Assembly (NCBI GenBank): GCA_965644315.1
Contig: CBFFRQ010000043.1
Location: 434,001-498,000 of the forward strand
DNA: 64,000 nt
Direction of reading: 5' to 3'
Source of the DNA: Caecitellus pseudoparvulus
Taxonomy: Eukaryota; Protista; Bigyra: Bicosoecida
Both the position numbers and the translations under genes were made by a program. The notes beneath the pieces are model-generated. The model made no database searches and had not been told where the DNA came from. It worked only from the letters and a program-made list of their open reading frames with translations. Positions 36,056 through 46,921 of this stretch are shown here, one piece after another (position 1 is the stretch's first letter; every line of letters begins with the position of its first letter).

Positions 36056-39000
36056 ATGCAGGGCGGCGGCGCACCTGCTGCGGAGGGCACTGAGCGGCGG
36101 CGACGCCTGCTCGCTCTGTCATGTAGCCTGCTCAGCCTCGTGCTCCTCCTAGGTCTTCTATCGTCACCCTCAGCTTCATCGCGCACTGCACAAGGCAGCG
36201 CGTCGCCCAGCACCACCGTGCACACTGGGCGTTTCGAGGGACCAGCACCCACATCGCAGCCCACTGCTGCCCTTTCCCAGCAGGTTTCCAGGATAGCACA
36301 AGCGGGAGACTTCCCCTCCAACGTCACGGGTGGATTCCGTGGTCTGTGGAACATGAAGTCCCCATCCAGCACTTCCCTGAAGGAGCTTGGTGGAGGCTTG
36401 CTCAGGTAGGTGGCGCATGCTTGCGTTTCGCCGCGCCGACGTGGGCGCCACGTAGCCCCCCGCTTCACTCACAGAGCACAAGTGCGCACGCCAGCCATGT
36501 CCAAGAACTACCTGGCATACTCATCATCCCATGGGGTCTTGGAGTGGAACCTTTACTCCGCTCCCACGGAGGTACCAGGCGTGCTTGGCATTGCCGGCCC
36601 CATTCACATCCTGGACGGCTCCACCACCACGGCACACGACCTGCGCGGCTTCATGCGTGGCTTCTACCTCATGGCCACCGGCGAGTTCATTGCTGCCGCC
36701 AGCTCCAAGCCCTTTGAGGTGGTGCTGGCCGTCCCAGGCGGCAACGCCAGCCGCCGCGCTGACGACGCTGCCCTTGCGCAGCAACTCGCAGCGCAGGCAG
36801 CTGACTTGAGCGCAGCTGCGCAGCAAGCTCTGCACCTCCTGGGCTCTGCCGCTGGCGTGGATTTCATGGAAATGCGGGCAGCGCAGGAGCCCGGCGCGAC
36901 CCCCTCCCCCACCCCTTCACCCGGTCCTGCAGACGACCACCAGCCCCTGTCAGCCCCCTCGCGCTGCAGCATGATGTTGAAAGGCACCATCTCCGACGTC
37001 GCAGTTGACCGCCAAGCGGCCCTCCTCCGCTCCGTGACGAGCCCCAGCAGCCTCGCCATGTCGCGCAGCACCAGCAGTGCGCCCTACGCTGCCATGGGCG
37101 TGGCCGGAGTGGGGCGTGTCTTGGACCAGGCTGGGCAAGCCATTTCGCACACTGTTCAGCGCCTGGCTGTTGACTCCCACGGCGTTCTTCGCTGGTTGGC
37201 ACCTGCATCCCAGCGTGTTGCATCCACGACAGGCACTGGTGCCGCACAGCCTCGCTCGGGGTCACCCTCAAGCCACGCCAGCCCCACCCCACGCCAGTTG
37301 ACAGCTGGCGCAGGCGGCATGTCGCTGGCTGAAATCGAAGCACTCTCTCGCCGCCTGTTTCCGTCTGGGCGCGCGGCTGTCCTGGGACCAGTGCTGGCTG
37401 CGACCGTGCGCTCGCTCCAGGCCCCCGGCGCGGTGCCTTGGCTAAACGGTGACTCTGTCTCAACTGCCACCTCCAGCCAACGCGGATCATCAGCTCCATG
37501 GGGCGTGAGTCGGCTGTCTGCTGCGCTGGGGGGTGAGCAGAGCCCCCCTGCTGCCCTGCCCAGCCTTCGCAGCTCCCCTGGCACCACGGCCGCCCTGCTG
37601 CATGCTGTCATGGCACCGCTGCAGGTGGCTGGTGAAGCCGTGGACCAGTTCATGGGCTGGGGCGCCGCGGCCACCAAGACTGCAGCGACTCAGCCGCAGC
37701 AGGCCACCTTGGTTGGCGCAGTGCACAGCCTGACGCAGGCGACTGTGGCGGCTGGGCGGCTGCTGGAGGCTGGCGCCGACGGTGCCGAGGCAAGGCAAGC
37801 CTTTGTGCAGGCGCTGGCAGCTGCGCCGCCCAACGCACTGTCGGCGCTGCAGAGCGTCATGCACGACATCGAGGCGGGCATAGAACCCATGCGCGTGGAG
37901 ATTGCGAGGCAGTTGTCTGCCATGAGTCCCCTGTCGGCAAGCACTCACGATGTGACGGCATCGGCCATTGCATCGGCACTGCAGCCCCCGCTGCCTGACG
38001 AGCCGCGGGTGTGGGCCAAGCACGCCTTCGAAACACCCGAAGAGACTGGCGACAGTCCGCCCAGCGCACCGCGGCGGCTCGGCGAGGCAGGCTTGCTGAA
38101 GGTGCAGCACCCAGCTCTTTACGCGATGAATGCTAGCATCGTCACGTGGAATTGCGACTTTGAGATGCACGTGACTGCGGCGGCAGCCATCTCAGACCAC
38201 GAGCGGGTCATCGCCAAGGCAGTTGTGTTCCTCATTTTCTCCCTGGGGGCCACCATCACCCAGTTGGTGGTGCTCGTGCCGGCCCTCGTGCGGTCTGCCT
38301 CCACAGCTAACGGCGTGCGGGTCAGTTTGTACACGATGGCCATGCAGGCAGCGCTGGACGCGCACTTGACGTTGCTGGCAATGCTGAGCCTCGTCATTTG
38401 GGAGAGCCTCTTCACGCCCATGGCCATGCTGGCGTTCTTCAAGTTGATCCAGTTCTCCGTCCTGGAGATGCGGTTCATGGTGGTGGTGCACAAGGCACAC
38501 AACCCTTCAGCGTATGCAGAGGGCTGGACGCAGCAGCAGCGGGCCCTCACAAGCCTCTACGCCAGCTTCTACATGTTCCTGCTCCTGACCATGTTCGCCC
38601 TGTACTACTGGGCCAGCACGGCACTCCCCGTCATCATCATGCTGGCGTACTCCTTCTGGGTGCCGCAGATCCTGTTCAGCGCCTGGCGGGGCACTGACGA
38701 TGGGCTGCCCCAACGGTACATCCTGGCCACCTCTGCTTCCCGGCTGTTCATGCCCCTGTACTTCCTGGGCTGCCCCGCCAACTTTGTCGTGGAGGCCATC
38801 GTCACCGCTGACATCAACATGGGCTTCGCCTTGGCCCTGCTGGCGTGGATGGCAGTGCAAGTGGGCGTGCTGCTGCTGCAGCGCCGTTGGGGCCCTCGAT
38901 TCTTCGTCCCCAGCGTCCTCCTGCCCCAGCCGTACGACTACCACAGAGAGGTGTGCGTCCAGGATGGCCGCGTGCTGCCCACAGCTGAGTTCCCTGACAA

Positions 39001-39577
39001 CCCAGCAGAAGCAGCAAGGCGGGCGGCACAGGAAGACGACGGCACCGAGGCTGGCGATGGGGCAGGCCAAGGTGCTGAGCCACCCACGCGACTCGCGGGC
39101 GCGTGGAGGGCCACTGGGCAGTACTTCACTGCCGTGCAGCGGTACTGGCAGGCGGTGGGGGCGCGGTTTGCAGAGGTGCGCAGGCGTGCAGCCGAACGGC
39201 AGGCCGGCCAGGGCGGGTACATGCGGGTGCAGGGCAGCGGCGGTGATATCATTTCAGGCGAGCCACCTACAGACCACCCAGGCGCAGACATGGAGGCGGG
39301 AGGCGCAAGAGGTGGGGAGCGCGCAGTGGCCTGCGTCATTTGCATGGCTGACGTCACCTTCCCCCAGCGCCGCGGCGAGTACATGGTCACTCCCTGCAAC
39401 CACCTCTTCCACACGGCGTGCCTGCAACAGTGGCTGGACCAGAAACTAGAGTGCCCCACCTGCCGCTACCAGCTGCCTTCGCCCCCGACAGGACCTGCTG
39501 CTGGGCCAGTTCGAGCTGGGGAGGGTGCAGGCGAGCCTGAAGCGGGTGGGGAGGCAGCAGATGGCGAAGGGGAGTAG
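36056..39577 (+). CDS. TUL1: Tul1/Dsc1/FLY-type multi-pass membrane RING-H2 E3 ubiquitin ligase; exons 36056-36405, 36475-39577; ~1150 aa
   Basis: N-terminal signal/anchor and FPSNVTGGFRGLW. About seven TM helices including YSFWVPQI..RLFMPLYFLGCPANF..LQRRWGPRFFVP..YDYH. RING-H2 CVICM..YMVTPCNHLFHTACLQQWLDQKLECPTCR. Confidence 0.88.
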
Positions 39578-39682
39578 CACCCCCCCCCACCCCCCTGAAT
39601 GCATGTTGCGTCTGCTGCTGCACTGCAGGGTGCTTCCACACTTCGCAGGTTCTGCACTCCTCCTCGCAACGTGATCCGCGCC

Positions 39683-39741
39683 TGTGTGTGTGAGTGCGTG
39701 CGTGTGGAAGGCACCCGTGTGTGAGTGTGTCGTGTGTGTGC
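39683..39741 (+). repeat. Imperfect (TG)n / GU-rich tract immediately upstream of the CELF start codon
   Basis: tgtgtgtgtgagtgcgtgcgtgtg..gtgtgtgagtgtgtcgtgtgtgtg. Confidence 0.75.
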
Positions 39742-39767
39742 ACCTTCCAGTCAGCCCAGCAGCAGAC

Positions 39768-42022
39768 ATGGAGCCTGACCAAGAGCAGGGCAGCAGTGGC
39801 AAGGCGCCGGAGGAAAGCGGCCCTGCGCAGCCGGCGGATGCGCCCGCGGCCCCTGCGCCTCCGAGCACTTCGGCTGCGCTGACCGCCCCTCCAACAGCAG
39901 CTCCCGAGCCAGCAGCGACGGACGCCTCAACGCCCGCGCCTCCTGAAGGGCAAGCAGTGACGCCCCAGGTCGCGTACAGCCCTCCACTAGGACCGTATGA
40001 TGGCATTCCTGCAGGATACAACGCCCCTGGCGCCATGGGCGTCCCCGCAGGCGGCTATTATGCCCCCGTTGGGGCTTCAGCGCCTGGCACAGCTTCCGCA
40101 CCGGGTGGCATGCACGGCATGGGCATGCCACCCCCCCAAGGCTTTGTCCCACGCCCTGTGAAGCAGTTCCCAGCCGCATTGGTGCCGGGGGCAGTCAAGC
40201 TGTTCGTGGGGCAGGTGCGTGCAGGGCGCTGAGGGGCACCAAGTCGCCGAGTGCAATGTTGCTGTCAAGTGCACTTCACCTCGCGCACCACCGCTTCGCC
40301 TGCCCTCCTGTCAGATTCCCCGCTCCATGGACGAGTCAGCCTTGCTGCCCATCTTCGAAGAAATGGGGGAGATTCTGGAGCTGGCCATCATCCGCGACCG
40401 CGCAACGCAGACGCACAAAGGTGAGTGCTTGGGCTGCCGGGTGTGGGTGGCTCTCGTGCCTGCTCACAGCGTCGCCTTGCTTTGCCGCTGCAGGGTGTGC
40501 ATTCCTGACGTACAAGACAAAGGATGCTGCCATGGCGGCCGTGGAGAAGTTCCACGACAAGGTCGCTCTGCCGCCTGTACGTGCGCCGCCTGTCGTAAGC
40601 ATGGTCGGCTCGCTCGCCGTGGACGCTGTCGGCCCCCGTTCCCGTGCGCAGATGACCAATTCGCTGCAGGTGAAGGTCGCCGACAGCCACGACTCGTCCA
40701 CGCCCGAAATCAAGCTGTTTGTGGGGCATCTCCAGGTGGACGACACGGAGGACTCCCTGCGCCCGCTCTTCGAGGCGCACGGGGAGTTGACTGAGATTGT
40801 TGTGCTGCGAGACAACCGCACTGGGCTCTCCAAGCGCTCAGCGTTTGTGCGGTACAAAGAGCGCGCCAGCGCCGACGCCGCCATCGTGGCGCTGAACGGC
40901 AGCGTCCTGCATCCCAACGCGGAGCCCATCGTGGTGAAGTACGCACGCACCAAGCGAGACAAGGAGCTGGCCAAGCCGAAACACAGCATGCAGCCGGCGT
41001 ACGGCAGAGACGGAGGCTTCTACGGGGACTACGGAGGCGGGTTCGACGCTTATGGGATGGGGCAAGGTGGGTATGGGCCAGGCCACTATGGTCCGGGTCA
41101 CTACGGTGGTGGTGGACCTGGGTACTACGGGGGAGGCGGGTACGGGCCAGGCGGTGGCTTTCCTCCCCACCCATACATGCACGGTGGCGATGGAGGTCGT
41201 GGGGGCTATGGTGGCGAGCAATTCCCCGGGCACGACCCATCCCACGGCGGCTTCGGCACGTACAGCTCGGATGGTCGCCCGGTCGAGGGGCCTCCCGGGT
41301 CCAACTTGTTCATTTACCACCTCCCCCAGGGGCTGACGGACGAGGACCTGGCCAACGCCTTCTCCAACTTCGGCCCCGTCATCTCAGCCAAGGTGTACGT
41401 GGACAAGCGCACTGGCGAGAGCCGTGGCTTCGGCTTCGTCTCGTACTCGGACCCCCGGCACGCCGAGAGCGCCATCCAGGGCATGAACGGCTTCTCGCTC
41501 GGGAACAAGACCCTGAAGGTGGAGCACAAGCGCACCAGCGCCCCCCCGCCACGCAAGATGCCCCCTGCTCTGGGCAGCTTCGGAGGTGGCCCTGGGCACT
41601 TTGGCGGGGCACCTGGACTGCGGTACCCCCCCGGACCCATGTCTGGCATGCCCTTCGGCGCGAGTCCCTACGGTGCGGCACCGTACAGCCCCAGCTACGG
41701 CATGCCAGGACCTGTGCCTGGGCACATGTACGCACCCCCTGGAACATACGGGCAAGGTGGCAGTGGTGGGTACGCCCCCCCACATGGCCACCCACCCCAT
41801 AGCCCGGGCGCTCATGTGCCCGTGAGCCAGGGGGGCAACCCGTACGGTGCGGAGCTGCCCCCGCCCAGCGCCCTGGATGGAGGCATGCCAGCAGAGAGTA
41901 TGCCTTCCTCTGGCCACTCCACCCCGCCCTTGAACCCCAGCCACGGAGGCGGGCCGTATGGGGCGTCGCCTGCCGTCGCCGCCGCCGCCCCGCCGACCTC
42001 CGTCAGCGCAGCGACTCAGTGA
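39768..42022 (+). CDS. CELF: CELF/Bruno-like RNA-binding protein with three RRMs; exons 39768-40214, 40315-40420, 40494-40576, 40652-42022; ~668 aa
   Basis: RRM1 AVKLFVGQIPR..HKGCAFLTY, RRM2 EIKLFVGHL..SAFVRY, and the CELF-diagnostic RRM3 start EGPPGSNLFIYHLP..SAKVYVDKRTGESRGFGFVSY..AIQGMNGF. Confidence 0.92.
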
Positions 42023-42120
42023 AGCCCCTTGTGACGTGCGTGGTGCGTTCCGGTTGAGAATTTGACGTGCTTCTTGGATGCGTGTGGTGGCGAGGGCGTG
42101 AATGAGCAGCGATGGAGAGA

Positions 42121-42132
42121 GCAATGCATTGC
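42121..42132. promoter_or_regulatory. Palindrome GCAATGCATTGC; putative bidirectional 3'-end signal (CELF / TVP15-like)
   Basis: A perfect 12-bp palindrome containing AATGCA on both strands between convergent stops. Confidence 0.6.
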
Positions 42133-42181
42133 CGTGCAAGCAGCGTGTGTGTCGAGCAGACGAAGCCAGGCAGCAGCCTCC

Positions 42182-42858
42182 TCACACTCGTGCACCACCA
42201 TCCGTCGCCTCGCGCCCAGTGCACAGGGCCTTGGGCGAACCTCGCACAAAGCAGGCGCAAATGAGGTACACCACGCCGATCACCACTGCGATGATCTGCG
42301 CAAGCAGGGGGGAGTGCTGCTGTTGGCAGCGAGCGGGGTGCACTGCACTTGCCGCAGAGCTTTCGCACCCCACAGATCAGCGGCACAGACACCTGGATGG
42401 AGCCAGGCAGAGACAGCATGCCCCAGAAGAGGAACCAGGCCCCCCTCCCGAAGAACGTGTATAGGAAGAAGCTGCAAAGCGAGCAGTTGGGGTCGGGTAA
42501 GTTCGCACACGTCGGCTGAGGGCGCTGTGGCTCTGCCTCCAACTCACAAGTACTTGCGAATGACCTCCAGGTACATGAGCGCTACGAGCACTGAAATGAC
42601 ACCAGCAGCACTGTGGGGAAAGGCGCGACTTCCACGTGGCTCGTGCGTGGGCGTGCTGGCGAGCGGGGGCCACGTCACCCACAGGATGTAGATGCCCGAG
42701 ACGATGCTGTCCAAGCGCACGGCAATGACGGTCACGACACCGATGATGGCCAGCAAGACGCCCACAACGATCTCCAAGATCACCAGCACCATCGCCAAGT
42801 CACAGACACACGAGGAGCGCTGGGCCCCGCCGCCTTGTTGCGCCGCGCCCTTCGCCAT
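42182..42858 (-). CDS. COPI-associated/TVP15-like small Golgi membrane protein; exons 42858-42683, 42610-42548, 42471-42393, 42295-42182; ~143 aa
   Basis: The spliced product has four hydrophobic segments and KYFFFLYTFFGRGAWFLFWG, matching the family pattern FL....GRG.F..F.G. Three phase-compatible introns. Confidence 0.8.
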
Positions 42859-43294
42859 TGTGCAGATTTCGCAGCCGTATCTGGCCTGCAGGAGCGGTCG
42901 CGCTCGGACGCTGAAACGGAGGGGGTAAGGAGTGGTGCATGCACGTCGTGCCTTTGGTGAATCGGGTGTTGTGTTGGGAAGTGAGCGCCCCTGGTGACTG
43001 TGCACAGCGTCGTGTCCTAAGCGTAGGCTGAGCCAGCTTACCCGAGCTGGACGTGAGTCAGCAGGCTGTGGACGGCAAAAAGCGCTAGCTGCCACCCTGC
43101 ACTCGCGCATGAACCCCCATGTTGTTCCAGGTGCGCGGTACCTGCTGCTCGGGCGTGCAGAAAGGTGTTGGTTGACACGACGTGTCGGCTACACGTACAG
43201 CGGAGTTTCACTGCGGAGTTTGCAGTGCAACCCGCGCGGTGCTCTGCCGCCAGTCGGGGAACCACACTGAAGTACACCCTCTGCATTGCTAGGC

Positions 43295-46200
43295 ATGGAT
43301 GTTTCAAGGGCCGCTTTGCGATCCACGGGCACAAGCTGGACCTGGGAAACCCCCTCAGCTGGCCAGGCGCATGAGCGCAGCGTTTCACCCTCTGCACCTC
43401 ACCGTTCGTTTGCCCCCGGCCCTGCCCGAGGTCGGGAGGAAGTCTCTGGAGGATGGAGGCCTGGCGTTCAGAACGGAGAGTTCTCCTCACCCCCTCTGGC
43501 CCATGCTGGCGCCTCTTTCACGCCTTCCTCCGCCCAAGACGTCCAGCATGCAAGCTCCGTCCTCGCAGCGTCAGGTGCGCACCCGGCCTCCCAGCTGCCG
43601 CACACCCCCGGGCAAGAGAGCCGAGAAGCTATACACCCCGCAGCAGCCGAAGAGATTCGCCAAGAGCTGTCTGACACCCGGGTGCTCGTGTGCCGCGCCT
43701 GCGACCGCTTGCAGGAGCAGCTGGCCAAGGTGGTGGACAGCGCGACAGGCCTGGCAGGCAGCCAGGCCGAAGCTTCCGCAGCCCTCGCCGAAGCCGTGCA
43801 AGTGGGCACCCTTCTGCAAGACACGCTCGCCAAGGTGTCCAAGTCCCCCCTCGCCGCTGCGCTGCGCACGGACAGGACGTGGGCAGCGCTTGTGGAGCGC
43901 TGCGCAGTGCTGACCACGGCTCTCGCACGGCTGACTGAGGGAGGGGAGCGGGGGGTGCAAGGTGGCGGCGTGCCGCCTCCTACCTTCAACTCTTCCTCCA
44001 CAGCCATGCGGTGGGACCCTGCTGCCGTGGGAGACCGCGGCTTGCGCCCCCTGCCAGCTGAGCGGCAGGCTGCCTCGGCCCTGCAGTCCCTCCACTCCGC
44101 AGTGGCTGCCATCCAGCCCACACAGTCCTCAGCCCCCTCGCCTGCCCCAGCAGCTGCTGTGGCGCAGCACCCTCCCCACGCAGAAGTACAGCTCCCCCCG
44201 CCCAAAGTGTCTGGCCAGACGCCTGTGGAGGCGGTCTCCGCCGCTCTGTCGCAGCACCTCATGACGGCTCCAGCTGACAGCGCCGGTGCTGCGCAAGCAC
44301 GGGCTCTGCTGGGCAGCATTCTCACCTGGCTGCAGCAGGGGGGACAGGGCCCACCGCCAGGCGTGGCAGCTGCCCCCCAGCCGGCATCAGAACCCGTCGT
44401 GCGTCGGCCAGGGACGAGCCCGCAGCGGCCTGGGCTGCGGGCCGCTTCCCCGCCACAGCGTGGATCAGGCCGGGCTGCTGGCCAACAGGCATCGCCGTAT
44501 GCGCTGGGCAAGCAGGAACGCCGGCGAGCGGCGCGCCAGAGGGGGGCTGACGCGTCCCTTGGCACGGCCCGCCAGCCCGCGACGCCCGGGCGGCGACCCA
44601 GCTCCAGACGCAGAGCTGCGCAGAGTTCCAGGGCACGCTCAGCGCCTCGGAGCAGGCATGGCCAGCATGGTCAAGTACTGTCCCGTTCCGGGCGGTCAGT
44701 GCCGTCACACTTCCTGCGTGGCGGCGGCGGGGAGCGGTGGGGCGCCCCCGCCAGGGCCCAGGCGTCCAGCCAGCCGCCCACCCGCAGTCGATCGGCACCC
44801 CGCGGAGGCAGCAGCCGGCAGGGCGGGTTCGGTGGCACGGTTGAGCGATTTGGCGGGCAGCCCGGTCGAGACAGGGCGCAGGCGCGGCGGGGGCAGTCCC
44901 CCTCGCCTGCCCGGCAGCGTGTGGGCAGCCAGCGCCAGGCTCGAGGGCGGCCCGGGGCTGCCACCTCACGTGGCCGTGCAGACAGGGCGCTTGTGTACGA
45001 TGACAAGGGCTCCTCTGCACCTCGCAGTCAGTCTCGGGGGGAAGCCACGCGCAGGGCGCGCCAGCCTCGAGCCGGGGCGTTCGAAGCCCAGGCCAGCCAC
45101 ACTCTGGACCCTGCGCGGGGGGGCGGGCTGGCGCATCTGAGAGGCTTGGCAGGGACTGCACCCCCAGCACACCGCGGCACCCCCCGTCGGAGCCCGCCCA
45201 CCACGCCAACTCCAGCTCCACCGGCACTGGGGGCAGGGCAAAGTCAGGGTCGATCCGTGCCTCCGAGAGAGCCGGTGGTTGAAGAAGTTGAAGAGGAGTC
45301 TCTTTCCCTGCAAGGTACTGACTTGCAGGGTGTCGGGAACATGACGCTCGCTGAGCTGCTGGCAGCCCCACACGGAGCCTCTGTTCTGAGTGCTGCGCTG
45401 AACACCCTGGCCGCTCGAGGTGGTGGAGGGGCCACCCCTCGCACGCCACACGAGGGTGGGACGCAGCCTCAGGGAGGCCCAAGGGGCCAGGCACACGATG
45501 CGGCAGACATGCCACGCAGCCGGAGCCTGCTGGAGCCGACGGACAGCGACAGGCCCTCGCCTGCAGCTACACCCGTGCATGCAGCACAGTCCACGCCCAG
45601 GTCAGAGGTCCCCCCGCCCCCTTCCGTGCGCCAGCAGGAAGGCAAGCCACCCCACCCGAAGAGAACTCCGCCCTCCCCTGCTATGTCCCCTGCGAGGGCT
45701 GCAGTGCCGAGTGTCTCCTCCTCCGTCGGGGCTGCGCCACCGGTTGAGGCAGCCCCCTCCCCCTCCACCTCGCCTTCCAATGGGCCGCAGGGCGTGCCAC
45801 CCCCAAAGGGCCCACAGCTGAATCCCAGCATTGTGCGTGCAGGGGGGGCGCCGTACGCGGTCCCAGGCGACGGCAGCGCTCCTGCCACCCGTCGTGAGGC
45901 TCGCACTGCCGAGGAGGCGATAGCCGCTGCCACAGCGTTCGTGAATGGCGCGGTCGGCACAGATGCGCGGGCCAGGGCCATTGCCGCCCACTCTCAGGCA
46001 ACGCAAGCCCCAGCTCGTGGCATGGGCTTGCAGAGCTCCAGCTCCCAGCCTGAGCCCCCCGCGCCGCAGTCTGCAGGGCCCCCACCAGCCCCTGCGCAGC
46101 CTGCCCAACGTCGTCCGCAGGGCATGCCGCAGGCAACTGTCGAGCGCCACAGCCCCCCCCCATCTCACCCTCCACCTGAAGCAGTCGGAGCACCAGGTGG

Positions 46201-46846
46201 CTCGTATTACGCGCCTCCACCAGATGCAGGCCTCGCGCCCTCTCCTTTCCCACGCACCCACGCCACTGTCGCGCGGGGCTTGTCCGTGCCGCCGGAGCGA
46301 GCGCATCCACTCTCCACAGGCATTCGGGGCAGTGCGTCACCAGAGCAGGCGAGCGGGGCTTCTCGCAGTCAAGATCCGGGTGCCAGCGACCCCATGCGCT
46401 TGCTCCCGGCTGCCTCTGGCCGCGACGCGCAAGCGGAGTATTACGCGGCTCGAGCGCCCTCCCCCAAGCCCACCGCCCCTGTGGCGACAACGCCCAAGCG
46501 CCCTGAAGGGAGCTTGCACGGGAGTGGTGGCGGCAGCCACTTCTCAGGTGTCCTGCACCGCCTCATGAGCCCTCTGCCTGCGCCCCAGTCCTCAGCCGGC
46601 GTGCGGACTGGGCAGCGCACGCCACCGCAGCCGCTGTCCATCCCCCCGCAGCGCAACTACGACGACAGGGCGTCCTCCAGGCACGAAGACGAGGCGCTGT
46701 ATTCGCACCCAGACGGCTCACCCCGCCATTCCCCCACCAAGCAGCACCTGTCCAGCGGCCAGCTGGACGAGGCAGCTTCCGCGCAGCTGGGGGACCTCAA
46801 CTCCGCCATCGGTAGAATCGACCAGCTCCTTGCGAAGTACGAATAG
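43295..46846 (+). CDS. Uncharacterised P/A/S/R-rich, largely disordered protein with an N-terminal helical region and a short C-terminal amphipathic helix; ~1183 aa
   Basis: A 3.5 kb uninterrupted ORF fills the space between two genes and is followed by the AATGCA motif. No recognisable domain. Confidence 0.7.
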   Translation: MDVSRAALRSTGTSWTWETPSAGQAHERSVSPSAPHRSFAPGPARGREEVSGGWRPGVQNGEFSSPPLAHAGASFTPSSAQDVQHASSVLAASGAHPASQLPHTPGQESREAIHPAAAEEIRQELSDTRVLVCRACDRLQEQLAKVVDSATGLAGSQAEASAALAEAVQVGTLLQDTLAKVSKSPLAAALRTDRTWAALVERCAVLTTALARLTEGGERGVQGGGVPPPTFNSSSTAMRWDPAAVGDRGLRPLPAERQAASALQSLHSAVAAIQPTQSSAPSPAPAAAVAQHPPHAEVQLPPPKVSGQTPVEAVSAALSQHLMTAPADSAGAAQARALLGSILTWLQQGGQGPPPGVAAAPQPASEPVVRRPGTSPQRPGLRAASPPQRGSGRAAGQQASPYALGKQERRRAARQRGADASLGTARQPATPGRRPSSRRRAAQSSRARSAPRSRHGQHGQVLSRSGRSVPSHFLRGGGGERWGAPARAQASSQPPTRSRSAPRGGSSRQGGFGGTVERFGGQPGRDRAQARRGQSPSPARQRVGSQRQARGRPGAATSRGRADRALVYDDKGSSAPRSQSRGEATRRARQPRAGAFEAQASHTLDPARGGGLAHLRGLAGTAPPAHRGTPRRSPPTTPTPAPPALGAGQSQGRSVPPREPVVEEVEEESLSLQGTDLQGVGNMTLAELLAAPHGASVLSAALNTLAARGGGGATPRTPHEGGTQPQGGPRGQAHDAADMPRSRSLLEPTDSDRPSPAATPVHAAQSTPRSEVPPPPSVRQQEGKPPHPKRTPPSPAMSPARAAVPSVSSSVGAAPPVEAAPSPSTSPSNGPQGVPPPKGPQLNPSIVRAGGAPYAVPGDGSAPATRREARTAEEAIAAATAFVNGAVGTDARARAIAAHSQATQAPARGMGLQSSSSQPEPPAPQSAGPPPAPAQPAQRRPQGMPQATVERHSPPPSHPPPEAVGAPGGSYYAPPPDAGLAPSPFPRTHATVARGLSVPPERAHPLSTGIRGSASPEQASGASRSQDPGASDPMRLLPAASGRDAQAEYYAARAPSPKPTAPVATTPKRPEGSLHGSGGGSHFSGVLHRLMSPLPAPQSSAGVRTGQRTPPQPLSIPPQRNYDDRASSRHEDEALYSHPDGSPRHSPTKQHLSSGQLDEAASAQLGDLNSAIGRIDQLLAKYE

Positions 46847-46878
46847 AAGGAGCCTGAGTCCCGTGCGTGTGTGCGTAC

Positions 46879-46891
46879 AATGCAGTGCATT
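46879..46891. promoter_or_regulatory. AATGCA-G-TGCATT inverted pair; putative bidirectional 3'-end signal
   Basis: An inverted hexamer pair in the 75-bp gap between convergent stops at 46846 and 46922. Confidence 0.6.
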
Positions 46892-46921
46892 CATGCGTGA
46901 CTGAGCAGCACTCGCTGGCGA

